A DNA stretch of 64,000 bases, taken from Hemiscyllium ocellatum. Lineage: Eukaryota. The position numbers were made by a program, and so were the translations under genes. The notes beneath the pieces are model-generated. The model was not told where the DNA came from. It searched no databases and saw only the letters and a program-made list of their open reading frames with translations. Positions 24,026 to 35,565 of this stretch are shown here, piece by piece. Location of the stretch: NCBI RefSeq assembly GCF_020745735.1, contig NC_083412.1:59176320-59240319 (forward strand). Direction: 5' to 3'. Within the stretch, counting starts at the first letter, position 1; every line of letters begins with the position of its first letter.

Positions 24026-25209
24026 TGGGGGGTGGAGGGAGTGGAGTAGTATTATCGCTAGACTGTTAATCCCAATAATGTTCTAGGGACCAGGGTTCAT
24101 ATCCAACCATGATTAAAATGATAAAGAATAATGTCTGGAATTAAAAGTCTAATGATGAACTCAAATCTATTGTCAATTGCTACAAAAACCCATCTAGTTT
24201 ACTCCTATCCTTTTACAGACCTCATCACCAGGGGCATATTTTCCTCCCCATCCTTACCTACGTTCCGCAGAGACCTTTGCCTCTGCGACTCCCTTGTTAG
24301 GTCCATGCTCCTCCACCAACTCAGCCTCCATTCCCAGCACCTTCCCTTGCTGCCACACGCACACCTACCACCAACCCCCGTCCCAAACCTTTCAATCAAG
24401 GCCCCAAAGGATCCTTCCACATTCAGCAGAGATTCTCCTGCACCTCAACACAAGTCATCTACTGTGTCCGTTGCTCTCGATGTGGTTTCCTCTACAATGG
24501 AGAGACAGGATGCCACCTTGCAACATCTCTGGGACACATGCACTAAACAACCCCACCACCTTGTGGCCAAACACTTCAACTTTCCTTCACTCTCGGCCGA
24601 GGATATGCAAGTCCTGGGCCTCCTCCACCACCAAATGCTAGCCATCCAACGTATTGGGACCTTCCAACTGCACGGGATCAAAGTTGATTTCACCGGTTTC
24701 CTCATCTCCCCTACCCCCACCTTATCCTAGATCCAACAACCCCCCCCAACTCACCACCGCCCTCTACCTGTCCATCTTCCTTCCTACCTGCTCCAACCTC
24801 CTTTCCGACTTATTACCATCACCCCCCACCTTCATCTACCAATCGCATTCCCAGCTACCTTCTCCCCAGCCCCAGCCTCCTCCCATGTATCTCTCAGCCC
24901 CTTGGGCCACCATCAAGTGCTTATGCTCGAAACATCAATTCTCTTGCTCCTCAGATGCTGCCTGACTGGCTGTGTTTTTCCAGCGTCACACTTTTTAACT
25001 CTGATCTCCAGCATCTGTAATCCTCACTTTGTCCCTAATCATGTCCTTTAGGAAAGGAAACTCCCATGCTTACCTAGTCTGACCTACATATGACTCCAGA
25101 CCCTCAGCAATGTGGCTGAGTCTCAACTGCCCCTCTGGGCAATTCAGGATGGGCAATAAATACAGGCCTAGTCAGCGATGCCCTCATCCCATGAATGATC
25201 AAAAAAAAA
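24026..25209 (+). mobile_element. tRNA-derived SINE (family B) split by a + strand Neptune-type Penelope fragment (about 24204-25031)
   Basis: SINE B box gggttcatatcc near 24093. ORF 24131-24730 and its overlapping frames resemble the reverse of the 20008-20823 protein. The SINE resumes at about 25036 with taatcatgtcctttagg. Confidence 0.8.
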
Positions 25210-25261
25210 TAAGTAGAGGTACCACAAACACATCAATCATGGTCTTATTAAAAGGCTGGAG

Positions 25262-25523
25262 GAGAAAGTGAGGACTGCAGATGCTGGAGCTCAGAGCTGA
25301 AAATGTGTTGCTGGAAAAGTGCAGCAGATCAGGCAGCATCCAAGGAACACGAGATTCGACGCTTCGGACATAAGCCCTTCTTCAGGAATGAGGAAAGTGT
25401 GGAATGAGGAAAGTGTGGACACTTTCCTCATTCCTGAAGAAGGGCTTATGCCCAAAACGTCGAATCTCCTGTTCCTTGGATGCTGCCTGACCCGCTGCGC
25501 TTTTCCAGCAACACATTTTCAGC
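25262..25523. mobile_element. Fold-back element made of two family-1 Penelope terminal repeats, each with a hammerhead motif
   Basis: Arms 25296-25400 and 25419-25523 are reverse complements. Hammerhead motifs lie at 25354-25389 (minus) and 25430-25465 (plus). Confidence 0.88.
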
Positions 25524-25694
25524 TTAATAAAAGGCTGAGCAGGTTCAAGGCAAGGTCGCCGATTTCTCAATTTATTATGTTCTAGGAATCTTTTTATTCA
25601 GTGAATGGTAATTAATAGAACCCGCTAGCCATAAGGGTGAGGGAAGTGCTTTCAAGAGGTATTTGGGCAGGCATTTTAGGGGAAATAGATTTGC

Positions 25695-26030
25695 AGGATG
25701 GTGGCTCAGTGGTTAGCACTGCTACCTCACATTGCCAGGGACCCAGGTTCAATTCCAGCCTCTGTCTGTGTTGAGTTTGGACATTCTCCCCATGTCTGTA
25801 TGGATTCCCTCAGGGTGCTCCAGTTTGCTCCCACAGGACAAAGATGTGCAGGTTCGGTGAATTGGCCATGCTAAATTGCCTAAGTGCTCAGGGATGTGTA
25901 GGTTAGGTGCATTAGTCAGGGGTAAATGTAGACTAATAGGGTATTGGAATGGCTCTGGATGGGATACTCTTCAGAGGGTCAATGTGGACTTGGGTCAAAT
26001 GGCCTGTTTCCATACTGTAGGGATTCTATG
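25695..26030 (+). mobile_element. HE1/V-type SINE, older subfamily
   Basis: TGGCTCAGTGG A box, GGTTCAATTCC B box, V-domain, and tail ggcctgtttccatactgtagggattctatg. Confidence 0.85.
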
Positions 26031-26499
26031 GTGAGGACCATGGGGAATGGAAGTAAGTGGATTACTCTTACAGAGAATTGGCATGGATTGGCTTCTTTCT
26101 GTATCACAAAGATTTTACAACTCTGTGAAAATGCTGTGCCAAGCAGCAGCTAAAATATGAAACTAAAACAGAACTGACTGGCAAAACACAGCAGGTTTGG
26201 GAACTTCTGTGGAAGAAAGCAGAGTTAACTCTTTGACTCTTCATTGGAACACCATACTCTGCTTTCTCCCCACAAAAGTTGCCAGGCCGTGTTTCACCAG
26301 CAATTTCTCTTTTTGGTTCAGATCTCCAGCATCCACAGTTCTTTGTTTATTGTAGATAAAATATCTCAGATAACAGTCAAATCCTTTAGGAGAGAGACAG
26401 AGAAGGTTTGAAATTTGGGAGGACAAACTGTAACGTGCACATATGATTTTAGGACTTGAAAAACAAGCTTCTGTTTTTAATTCTTCACTTCGGGACTCC

Positions 26500-26725
26500 C
26501 AGGAATCAGTTTAGCTCTGTTGGTTGGATCATTGGTTTTATGAGCAGTGTGACGCCAACAGCAAGGGTTCAAATCCTGTCACCAGTTTGAGGTTACTATG
26601 AAGGACTCTCCTTCTCAATCTCTTCCCTTCCTTGAGGTCTGGTGGACCTAAGGTTAAGTCACCAGCAGTTGCTTCTCTCAAATGAGAGAGCTGCCCCATG
26701 TTCTGATCAGACTGTGGTGACACCA
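26500..26725 (+). mobile_element. tRNA-derived SINE (family C) just upstream of the Ig3 exon
   Basis: B box GGTTCAAATCC near 26566. A second copy on the minus strand at about 55870-56032 shares ctcaggttaaaccaccaccagtc-like sequence. Confidence 0.65.
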
Positions 26726-26774
26726 CTTGACTCCCAAGCTCTAATTGTGTCTGCATATCCATGTTCTGTTCTAG

Positions 26775-27164
26775 ATAAGAACTTCAATGTTCAGTTAGAG
26801 AATGAAAGGAGAATTCTCACAGCTGGAGACACTATGGAAATAAGGTGTATCATTGAAGCTCAAAATATACAGGATCGATATTTCTCAGTGTTGTGGATTT
26901 TTAATGGCACACAGATTGCCAACATTGGTCGAAATGCTGTAGCGACAGTCAATGGTGAATATGCAAACAGAGATCGTCTGGGATACGTAAGGTTCACGAA
27001 GGAGACAGATACAACACACCTGCTGAAAATCTACCATGTTCAATTGACGGACAGTGGCAAATACCATTGCAGGGCTACTGAGCATGAGAAAACGGTGACG
27101 AGAGAATTCATTACCAGAGATACCAACAAATCTCCAAAGGTTTTGATCCATGTCCAGTCAATCA
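26775..27164 (+). CDS. IGSF3: IGSF3 internal exon encoding Ig-V domain 3 (390 nt, phase 1-1)
   Basis: ctAG acceptor ends at 26774; GTAAGT donor at 27165. Translation (D)KNFNVQLENERR...IRCIIEAQNIQDRYFSVLW...DSGKYHCRATEHEKTV matches IGSF3 Ig3 (human DKEFTVRLETEKR...RCILEAQNVPDRYF...DSGKYNCRVTEREKTV). Confidence 0.93.
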
Positions 27165-29194
27165 GTAAGTAATAAACTTTTCATTTCTATATGAATTAAT
27201 GACATGAAATGTATTGGTAGCTTGGAATAATGTAGAACAATCCTCTGTGTGCGCTTTCAGGCAGACAAAGAAGCTAATTTGACAAAGCAGTGCCTCTAGT
27301 TACTGTGTTTTTTTGTCAAACGTAGTTTTTCTCTGTAACTGATGTCTCATGTTTTAAATTCAATGAATCTAATCAGTTGAGTTTTAGTTCTTGTGCTGTC
27401 AAGGTTGCCCTAGGCTGTGCGGAAATAGTGTTGCTCAGTTACACAGCTCTTATCAGTGTAGTTTGAAAGCGAGAAAAAAACTTTCCCATGGCTTTGAAAG
27501 GTTCTGCTTGTTTCTATTAGTTCTTCATAGAGGAATTTGAGTTTGATGTGGCCCAGTTATCAGTTCCAAAACACATTTGAAAAATAAATGCAGTATTGCC
27601 ATTTTAGGAGTCATGAAAAACAACATCACAGGGTGAAAGTTTCATCCACTTTTTCTGCTGTTGTGCAGAAGTATTAACATAAAAACATGGGTTTAAAGGA
27701 ACTTTTTGATTTTGAGTGACATTAGTTTTTGTTCATCAAGAAGCAACTGCAGTGACGACCTAGTGCGTCAGATCCCTGCCTGCAGCTTGTGATGTCAGTT
27801 CCATTGTTCATACAGATCCAAACAAAAGCTGACCAGAATGACTGACTGAAAGTCACAAGCCAGTGTCAGCATTGAGAGCATTTCCTTTGATGTTTTTGCC
27901 TTTCATCTTTCCCCTAAAAATGATGGAAGCTGTATTTCCACAGAAACAGCAATACATTATGGTATTAATGTCAGATTTAAACATTTTTTTCACATGAAAG
28001 TATATGAGTCTGCTGTGAAGAAATGAAAACGATCATTAATGTATTTCACACTGACATACATTTATTGGAAGTGCTCTGACTTCAGGTCTTCAGGGTTTCA
28101 AATAGAATTGATGGACAATATAGACAATAATGTTAAAGCGATGCACTGAAAGACTTGTTCATCATGATGGGTGAACAAAGAAAGCTTCTGCCCTCTTTTC
28201 ATCTGATTTCTACCTGTCCCCGTTCAGTCACTGACCATTTGAGATCCATTTTCCATATTTATCATTTGCATTCCTGTTGCAGTTCAAATCAAAACCAAAA
28301 TCTAATGAAGTCCAACTGCTATAATTAAAATAATTAACTTCATAAATATGTCATTTTTAATTCAGAGACAACTCTATAGCAACTGCATTTGTGATTATTA
28401 TTACTTTTAATTGATGTGCCGTTATTGTATGCTGTCCACAATTTCTAACTTTCTCATGAGTTAATCCATACAATAAAATAAAATTTGGTATGCACATGTT
28501 ACAGTAACATTGCTCATAATAGCTTCCAGGCTTCTAGTCTCTCTGTGGTTAGATGTATAAATTGAAACTGAAATGTCCCTATGAAGTAGCAAGCCTAATC
28601 AAAATAGTTCACTCAACCATAATGTAAATATATTCTTTGCAACAGTTGTTATTCATGGCCAACACAGAAGTTCGCTTCCATCGATAACTCCGCAGTTTCC
28701 ATGAATTGAAGCTTGATGTTATCCAGAAAATAACCTGGGTGGTGTTGCCCTGTTGCAAACAATTAACTTTTCTATTACTGGTGTGCACATTTGAAATAAA
28801 TTGGCCTTGTATTATGTGATCTCTCCAAAGATGAAATGACTATGCTGTGTACTCAGGCTAAAAATTTAAAACAGTCTTTGCTGTAATAAGGTTACACTAA
28901 AGCACAATTGAATTACACTCTTTGAAAAATGGTATTTCAAAACAGCAAACTCTTTTGTGTTTTTATTTGCTTAAATACAAAGAGTAGCACACACTGACTG
29001 CTGTGTAAAGGCAGTGGCTACAGCAAATCTAACAGAAGATTGAAAGAATGTATGTCACTTCTGTCCTAGATTTAGGCAGCTTTAGCTAATTAGAGCAAAA
29101 CAAAAATAAATGTAGATGGTTTAGATATTTTGTTGATTTAACAGTAGCTATTCTTTAATCAGGAACTGCTTATTCTGACACAATGTGAGCAACA

Positions 29195-30180
29195 TCTAGA
29201 GAAACAACTTATATAGCACTTTTAGTGCAATGACGTGTCCATGGACGCTTCACAGGAGCATTGTAAAACACAGCATGACACTGATTCACACAAGGAGGTC
29301 AAAAGTTTGATCAAAGAGCAAAATTTTAAGGACTGTCTTAATAGAGGCATGTGAGACAGCAAGAAGGAGAACTGCAAGGAAGGAATTTCAGAGCTTGGGT
29401 CATCGGCAGCAGAAGGCCTCCAGTAGTAGAGAAATTATCATTAGAAATGCCCAACAAGTCAGAATTAGATCAGCGCAGTTATTTCAGAGGGTTGTGGGAT
29501 TGAAGTACGTAAAGATGGGCAAGACTGCAGAGAGATTTGAAAAATAATGGGTATTTTAAAGTCAAGACCTCGCAAAGCCAGAGACTAATATAAGCACGAG
29601 AGCACAAGAGTGATAGGAGAACCGAACTTGCTGTCAGTTAAAACACAGCAACTGAGTTTTGGAGAGCAAAATATGGGATACCAGTTACAACCACCAAAGA
29701 TACATTAGAATAGCTGAGTTCGCAAGTAACGATGACAAGAATGAGGACTCCAACAGCAGTGATGCTGAGACAGGGGCAAAGTCAGCTGGCATTGCCAGTG
29801 GAAAACGCAGTCTTAGTGATGAAACAGATATTAGATTGGAAGTTCATCTCAGGACCATATATGGCACCAGAGTTGCTTAAAAGATTAGTTTACTCTCACA
29901 TTGTTGTCTGAGAGAAGGATGGAATGGGTAACTAGGAACAGAATTGGGAAGCAAGTAAGTTTTCAAACAATAGACCATGTTCTTGAAGGTTCAGCATGAG
30001 AGAAAATGATAGTGTTTCTTCCAATATTGACAATATTATGTATTTTACCATTTGTTTCTGACCAATTGATCTAGTCCAAATCCTAGTCCATTTACAGACA
30101 AAAGCAAAAACAACCAATTGAGTAACCTTTCTCCCCTTTCTCTGCCACACTTGGGTGTTAATCCTCAACTGTTTACCCTG
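29195..30180 (-). mobile_element. Old L2-like LINE 3' region (decayed)
   Basis: aacaacttatatagcacttt...cgcttcacagg and later blocks resemble the recalled reverse complement of vertebrate L2 3' ends. No intact ORF. Confidence 0.55.
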
Positions 30181-30434
30181 GATTTATGACAGTAATATAA
30201 CTGGATTATTGCCAGCATTAAGATAACATTGATCAAAGCATCTCTCTATTACTAGTTCTGACTTTTGCAAAGCAATGTTACCTTGAAAACAAAAGTTATT
30301 TGTAAAACATTTATTGAATGATATTGTGACAAATTCTCATTATTGTGGTCTGAAACAACATAGATCCTCAAATCTTCTATAATTGTCTTTCTACAAAACT
30401 ACTAACTGAACTAATAATATTTTATTTCCTGCAG

Positions 30435-30836
30435 AAAGTAGCCTGAGTATAACAGTTACCAGTGATACCACTAAGATTTTGGAGGGTAACTCACTCCAGT
30501 TCACTTGTGATGTTCAGTCAGCAATCAGGAACCACAGTCGTCTTTCTGTCACCTGGCAGTTGATCAACAAACAGAAACAGGTTACTGATATCATCAGCTT
30601 GGACCAGGATGGTACTCAGATTATTGCTACACCCTACCATAAGCGTGATGCTAATGGAGAACTCAGGCTGACCAAACAGCGACCAGATTCTTTCATCTTG
30701 CAGCTACATAATTCAGTGATATTGGATGATGGAGAGTATGTTTGTACAGTCACTGAATGGATCATGAATGCGAGTGGGGATTGGCAGCAGATAGGAAAGC
30801 AATCTGCTCATATTGTAGCTGTGATAACACCTCTTG
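30435..30836 (+). CDS. IGSF3: IGSF3 internal exon encoding Ig-V domain 4 (402 nt, phase 1-1)
   Basis: tttcctgcAG acceptor ends at 30434; GTAAGT donor at 30837. Translation (K)SSLSITVTSDTTKILEGNSLQFTC...SVTWQLI...DDGEYVCTVTEWIMNASGDWQQIG...ITPL, with a second EWI at 30755-30763. Confidence 0.92.
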
Positions 30837-33384
30837 GTAAGTACTCACATCAAGACAAAACTCAAGGGCTGAAAATTTTCTGTGCACTGTTCTAATCACT
30901 GTCTGATTATCTAAAAGGAGCAGTTTATATGGATTAGAATAGCACTGGTGATGTTGTTGGAGTGGAAGTATTGATGGAGTAATGTATTACAGTTATAATG
31001 TGAAAATCTCAACTTTGGAATTACACTTGTGTGCAGAAAATAATGGTAGTTTGATATTTTCAGCATGTGGATGTTGGATTGGATCCATCACAATTGACAT
31101 AAGGAAGAATGTTCTGAAATCCTGTGTCTCCAATTGATTGAAACGTTAGTTGTGGAGTAGTAAGGAGAAGAGTGCTAGTGCACCTAATGCAGTTTATGGT
31201 GAGCTGGGATACTCGTAGTCTTTTGCAATGCATTCCTGGTACGCGGATTGCCTCTCCCATGCTAGTTAGCTGTTTCATAACTGGCTAGTAATTATCCTCC
31301 ACAGAGTTGGTGGGTGGGAGGTAGAGGGCTGCTTGTCAGTGGGACAGAGAGTAGCTAGGATCTTTTTCATGAGTTGTTAAGATGATATGCCTGGCATGGA
31401 AGATTGTAACCAAGTCCAAAAAATTGTTTTAAGGCTTGACAATCTGAAAGCTTGCTTGGCTGTGTTGAGATATACCTATGGCCAATTAGGAGGGAATCTC
31501 AAAGGGCCCTGAATCGCATGGGGTCTGGTGAGATTTGTGGCAGAATCAGATGGGAAAGCCAAAGAGGAGTATCTCAATGTCAGAAGCAATTCGTTGCACT
31601 TCTTTGCAGTGCCAAGTGGCCAGGGCAAGTTTCTCACTAGACAGCACTGAATTGCCACTCATGTGGGATTGTAGTTTGTTAAAAGCTTTTTAGTGGCACA
31701 AATCACCTCATTAATATTCGGCTCTTTACCTTACCAAATGTGCTGAATGAAACAGACATCAAGCATTCTCGACATGGGAGTTAGACCGAGTGCCGAGCAA
31801 CTTCACCTTAGCGCTGGCTGTCAGGAGCCTTCATGTTGCTCAGGACAGTGCAGTATCTTGGGATATGATCCATGACCATCAGCCACATGTAGCCCTCATG
31901 GAGCAGAGTGAGAAACTAGGTGAAGCTGAGGATCCGGGGAGTTAACTGGCAACTGGACGGATCCTGGTGCTGACAATGTCCACTGCAAGTTGTGTTCCCT
32001 GCCGTTAGTTGCTGTTCTTCTGATACTAACTGCAAGGACAATGCTGAGGGTGGCAAAGCCAGTGTCATTTAATGGCAAAACATGGGTTTCACAGTTGTTG
32101 AGCCAGGACATCGAAGGGGCAAAATCATGAAACATGCATTTGCAAATTCCTGCTACATTTCATTTGCAATCATTTCTTCAATCATTTGCAATGCATGCAG
32201 AGTAAGTATGCTTATATATCAAATGCTGGTCAGAGGCAGATTACATTATGCCATTGTTGCTTGCATAGTGATTGTTGCCATCCCAGTGATGCAGAAGTTA
32301 GTGGCAATGATGTAAAAGGAGAACAATGCTGGGCAAAGCATCCTATCACTTGTGAAACTTCGAAGGGTGCTGTGGGATGAAGGGGACATCACTGCATCAT
32401 ATATTGTGTAAGTATTACGAAGGACTGTACCAAATTCAGTGATAACTTTCATGGCTGTATATGCTGTAAGCAGGGTCATGATGGAGGAGATGATAGACCT
32501 TCATTGCTTGAACAAGTATGGGGGAGCCCTCCATTATAGTCCAGACAGAGGTGACACACCATCCTTGCTTGCTATGCTCTGCACATTGATGAAGATGATG
32601 AAGCTGTGATGTGTGCTGATGAGCTGGGCAAATAGAACAGTCTCACAAGGAGCAGGGTGAGAACATTGATCTGTAGGAAGCTATCCTTCTGCATGGCACT
32701 GCCTTAGCTGGGTGTAGCAGATAAACACGGAGTGTGAAATAGTCATTGGTCATAATGTCAGCGTTTGTTTGGCAATGTTGAGGCAAACTGCAGTCTCTCC
32801 TGGTTTTGTTTGTGTTCACTTTTGCTGGTTGTTAATCAACCTTATGTTTGGAATTCCCAATTTGCTTGTCTATATTTGAAGTCCAATGCTGGACATTGAT
32901 AAAATGTAGATAGTGGGCATGAGGGACAAGATAGCACTGTCTTAGAGAAATCAGATGGATAAAGTGTGTGACCTGGTGGATAAACAGTGACGAGAGTCAG
33001 ATAATGGGGTTATGCCTGTGAGGAAATCTCAGCCATGCCAGCTATGTGTCAAAAGCAGCATGATATTGTGGCTGCTGTGCCATTTCATTGCCTTGAGGGA
33101 GTGTCAATGCTAGCTCAGGCACACGGTGGTCTTTTGAAGATGGCGTTAGTGCTAAGGATGTTGGTCTTTCAAGGGCTATCTGGCGAGTGTTGATTGTTCT
33201 GGGAATTATACATATTAAGATGGGGATAGAATTAGACATGAGAGAGTTTGGTAAGATATGATGAGAAATTTCACTAGGCCTCATGTGTGACTCCTTCAAA
33301 AAAAACTCAGTGCTTTTTGCACAGAGCCAAAATAGTAAGATTCAATCCACAATAGTCACTGGCTGTATAAATACTGTGGAGATT

Positions 33385-34225
33385 AGTTAGCAAGATTAGA
33401 TCATATGGAATACAGGGAGAACTAGCCATTTGGATACAAAATTGGCGTGACGGTAGGAGAACAGGGGGTGGTCTGGAAGATTGCTCTTAGGACTGGAGGT
33501 CTGTGACCAATGGTGTGTCGTAAGGATCGATGCTGGGTCCATTGCTTTAGGGGTGTGAATATAGGAGGAATGGATAGTAAGTTTGCAGATAAAACCAAAA
33601 TTGATGGTGTAGTGGAGAACCAAGAAGGTTACCTCAGTATATAAGTGACCTTGGCAAAGGGGCCAAGGACTGTCAGATGAAGTTTAATTTAGATAAATGT
33701 GAGGTGCTGCATTTTGGAAAGGCAAATCAGGTCAGGACTTATACACTTAATGATATGGTCCTGGGGAGTGTTGCTGAACAAAGAGACCTTGGAGAGCAGG
33801 TTCATAATTGAAAGTGGGGTTTGCAAGTAAACAGGTGGTGACAAACGTGTTTGGCTTGCTTGCGTTTATTGGTCAGTGTATTGAGCACAGGAGTTGGAAG
33901 GGCATGTTGCAACTGTACAACAGTTCTGGATAGGCCACTTCTGGAATATTGCATTCAATTTTGGTCTCCCAGCTATAGGAAAGATATTAAGAAAATGGAA
34001 AGGTCTCAGAAAGAATTTACAAGGATGTGCCACGGTTGGAGGGTTTGAGCTGTAAGGAGAGGCTGAATTGGCTGTTCCAATTGCAACATTTAGAAGGCAT
34101 TTGGATGGGTATATGAGTAGGAAGGTTTTTGAGGGGTATGGACCAAATGCTGACAAATGGGACTAGACCCATTTGGGATATCTGGTCAACATGCACATTT
34201 TGGACCAAAGGGTCTGTTTCTGCAC
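33385..34225 (+). mobile_element. Decayed CR1 RT/3' fragments
   Basis: gtaagtttgcagat (SKFAD) and ORF 33851-34048 RPLLEYCIQFWSP...ERSQKEFTRM. Confidence 0.8.
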
Positions 34226-34339
34226 AGTATATCTCTGTGACTGATACCCCATGAAAGTGGAAAGGGAAAATACCTTTCTATCACATGAAATGTTTGGAAG
34301 TTGGTTGTAATACTTTTTTTTTGTTTGATTACTCCACAG

Positions 34340-34741
34340 AAACAGGTTTCAGTGTTACAGCAATAACACGAACACCATCAGTGATTTATGATAACACATT
34401 TCAGCTTCAGTGCTTCATCAGACCAACCTATCCTTCTCGAGTCTCAGTTTCTGTCACGTGGAAATTCCAGCCTGCTGGATCAAGCAACAGCTATGACATT
34501 ATCACATTTGCCCATGACACATCCATTTCATGGGGGGAGAAGGCGACAAATTTTACAAATAAAGTAATGATAACAAAGGCAGTGTCCAACACTATCCGTC
34601 TGGTGGTCAATAAAGCCAGTGACTTAGAGGCTGGGAAATACCAGTGCATTGCTGAACTGTGGCATCAAAACCAGATGGACCAATGGGTGAGGAAAATCAG
34701 CAAATCTTCCAATATTCTGGAGGTCAAGGTTAAACCCCCTG
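34340..34741 (+). CDS. IGSF3: IGSF3 internal exon encoding Ig-V domain 5 (402 nt, phase 1-1)
   Basis: ccacAG acceptor ends at 34339; GTAAGT donor at 34742. Translation (E)TGFSVTAITRTPSVIYDNTFQLQCFIRPTYP...VSVTWKFQP...EAGKYQCIAELW...SNILEVKVKPP matches IGSF3 Ig5. All four exons join in frame. Confidence 0.93.
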
Positions 34742-35565
34742 GTAAGTACAATGCTCTCTCACTCAATACTAGTAAATAAAGTTGTCAGCCCAAACAGCCG
34801 CTTATTTGTCTTTGTTCAATACATCAATATGTCTGTCTACCTGTAGTCTCGCCTTTCAATCTCTCAGTTTTTAACTCTTTGGTTTGGAACAACTACTCAA
34901 GTTCCTAAGTAATTTGTTTAATGTCAGAATAATAAACTACAACACACTTTGTTTACAATTATATTTAGTTAGCTAATAGGAAAGCAAATACTTTTTCTTA
35001 AATTTTGAGGAACTATTCTCTCTGGGATGACTAAGAAACATGATGCCGTATCTGCTTACTTTTAAGAAATTCAATTGTTTGAATTTGCTCTTTTTCACAC
35101 ACATGATTACTAAAGTGATTTCACCAAACTTCCAAGATTATGAAGGAGCTTGATAAGTGGACACTGAAAGATAGTTTCTTTTGGCTGGAAAATATAGACC
35201 ATGGGGACACGGTCTCTGGATAAGGACTTAATCACAAAGGACTTTGGAGAAATTTCTTCATGTGAAGGGTTATAAGTAAGAGTTCTTTCTTCCAGACAGG
35301 GTGCACAGGTGACAAAAACGTAGATGGGAGGGCAAGTGGCATGGAAAACAAAGAGTCTGCAAATGGAAGGCAAATGCTCTGTCAGCCTTTATTTAAAAGG
35401 GAATGATGTATAACCATATTGTTATCTTACTGAAACTAAACATAGCATTAATTAGACCATACTAGAATACTGTAAATGGTTTTAATCCCTTTACCTAAGG
35501 ATATGTATACTGGTATTGGAGGCATTTCAGAGAAGGTTCACTCAGTTGATCCTGGGTACGGAGAG

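Noticed and set aside
21535-34741. Assignment to CD101 (IGSF2), IGSF8 or PTGFRN, or to an antigen-receptor V array
   Set aside because: Residue-level similarity follows IGSF3 domains 2-5 in order. No recombination signal sequences were seen, and the exons are phase-1 spliced.
21648-34779. ORF-track calls 21648-22055, 26642-27172, 30479-30895 and 34285-34779 as standalone genes
   Set aside because: They are spliced exons plus intron read-through; canonical AG/GT boundaries give one continuous IGSF3 frame.
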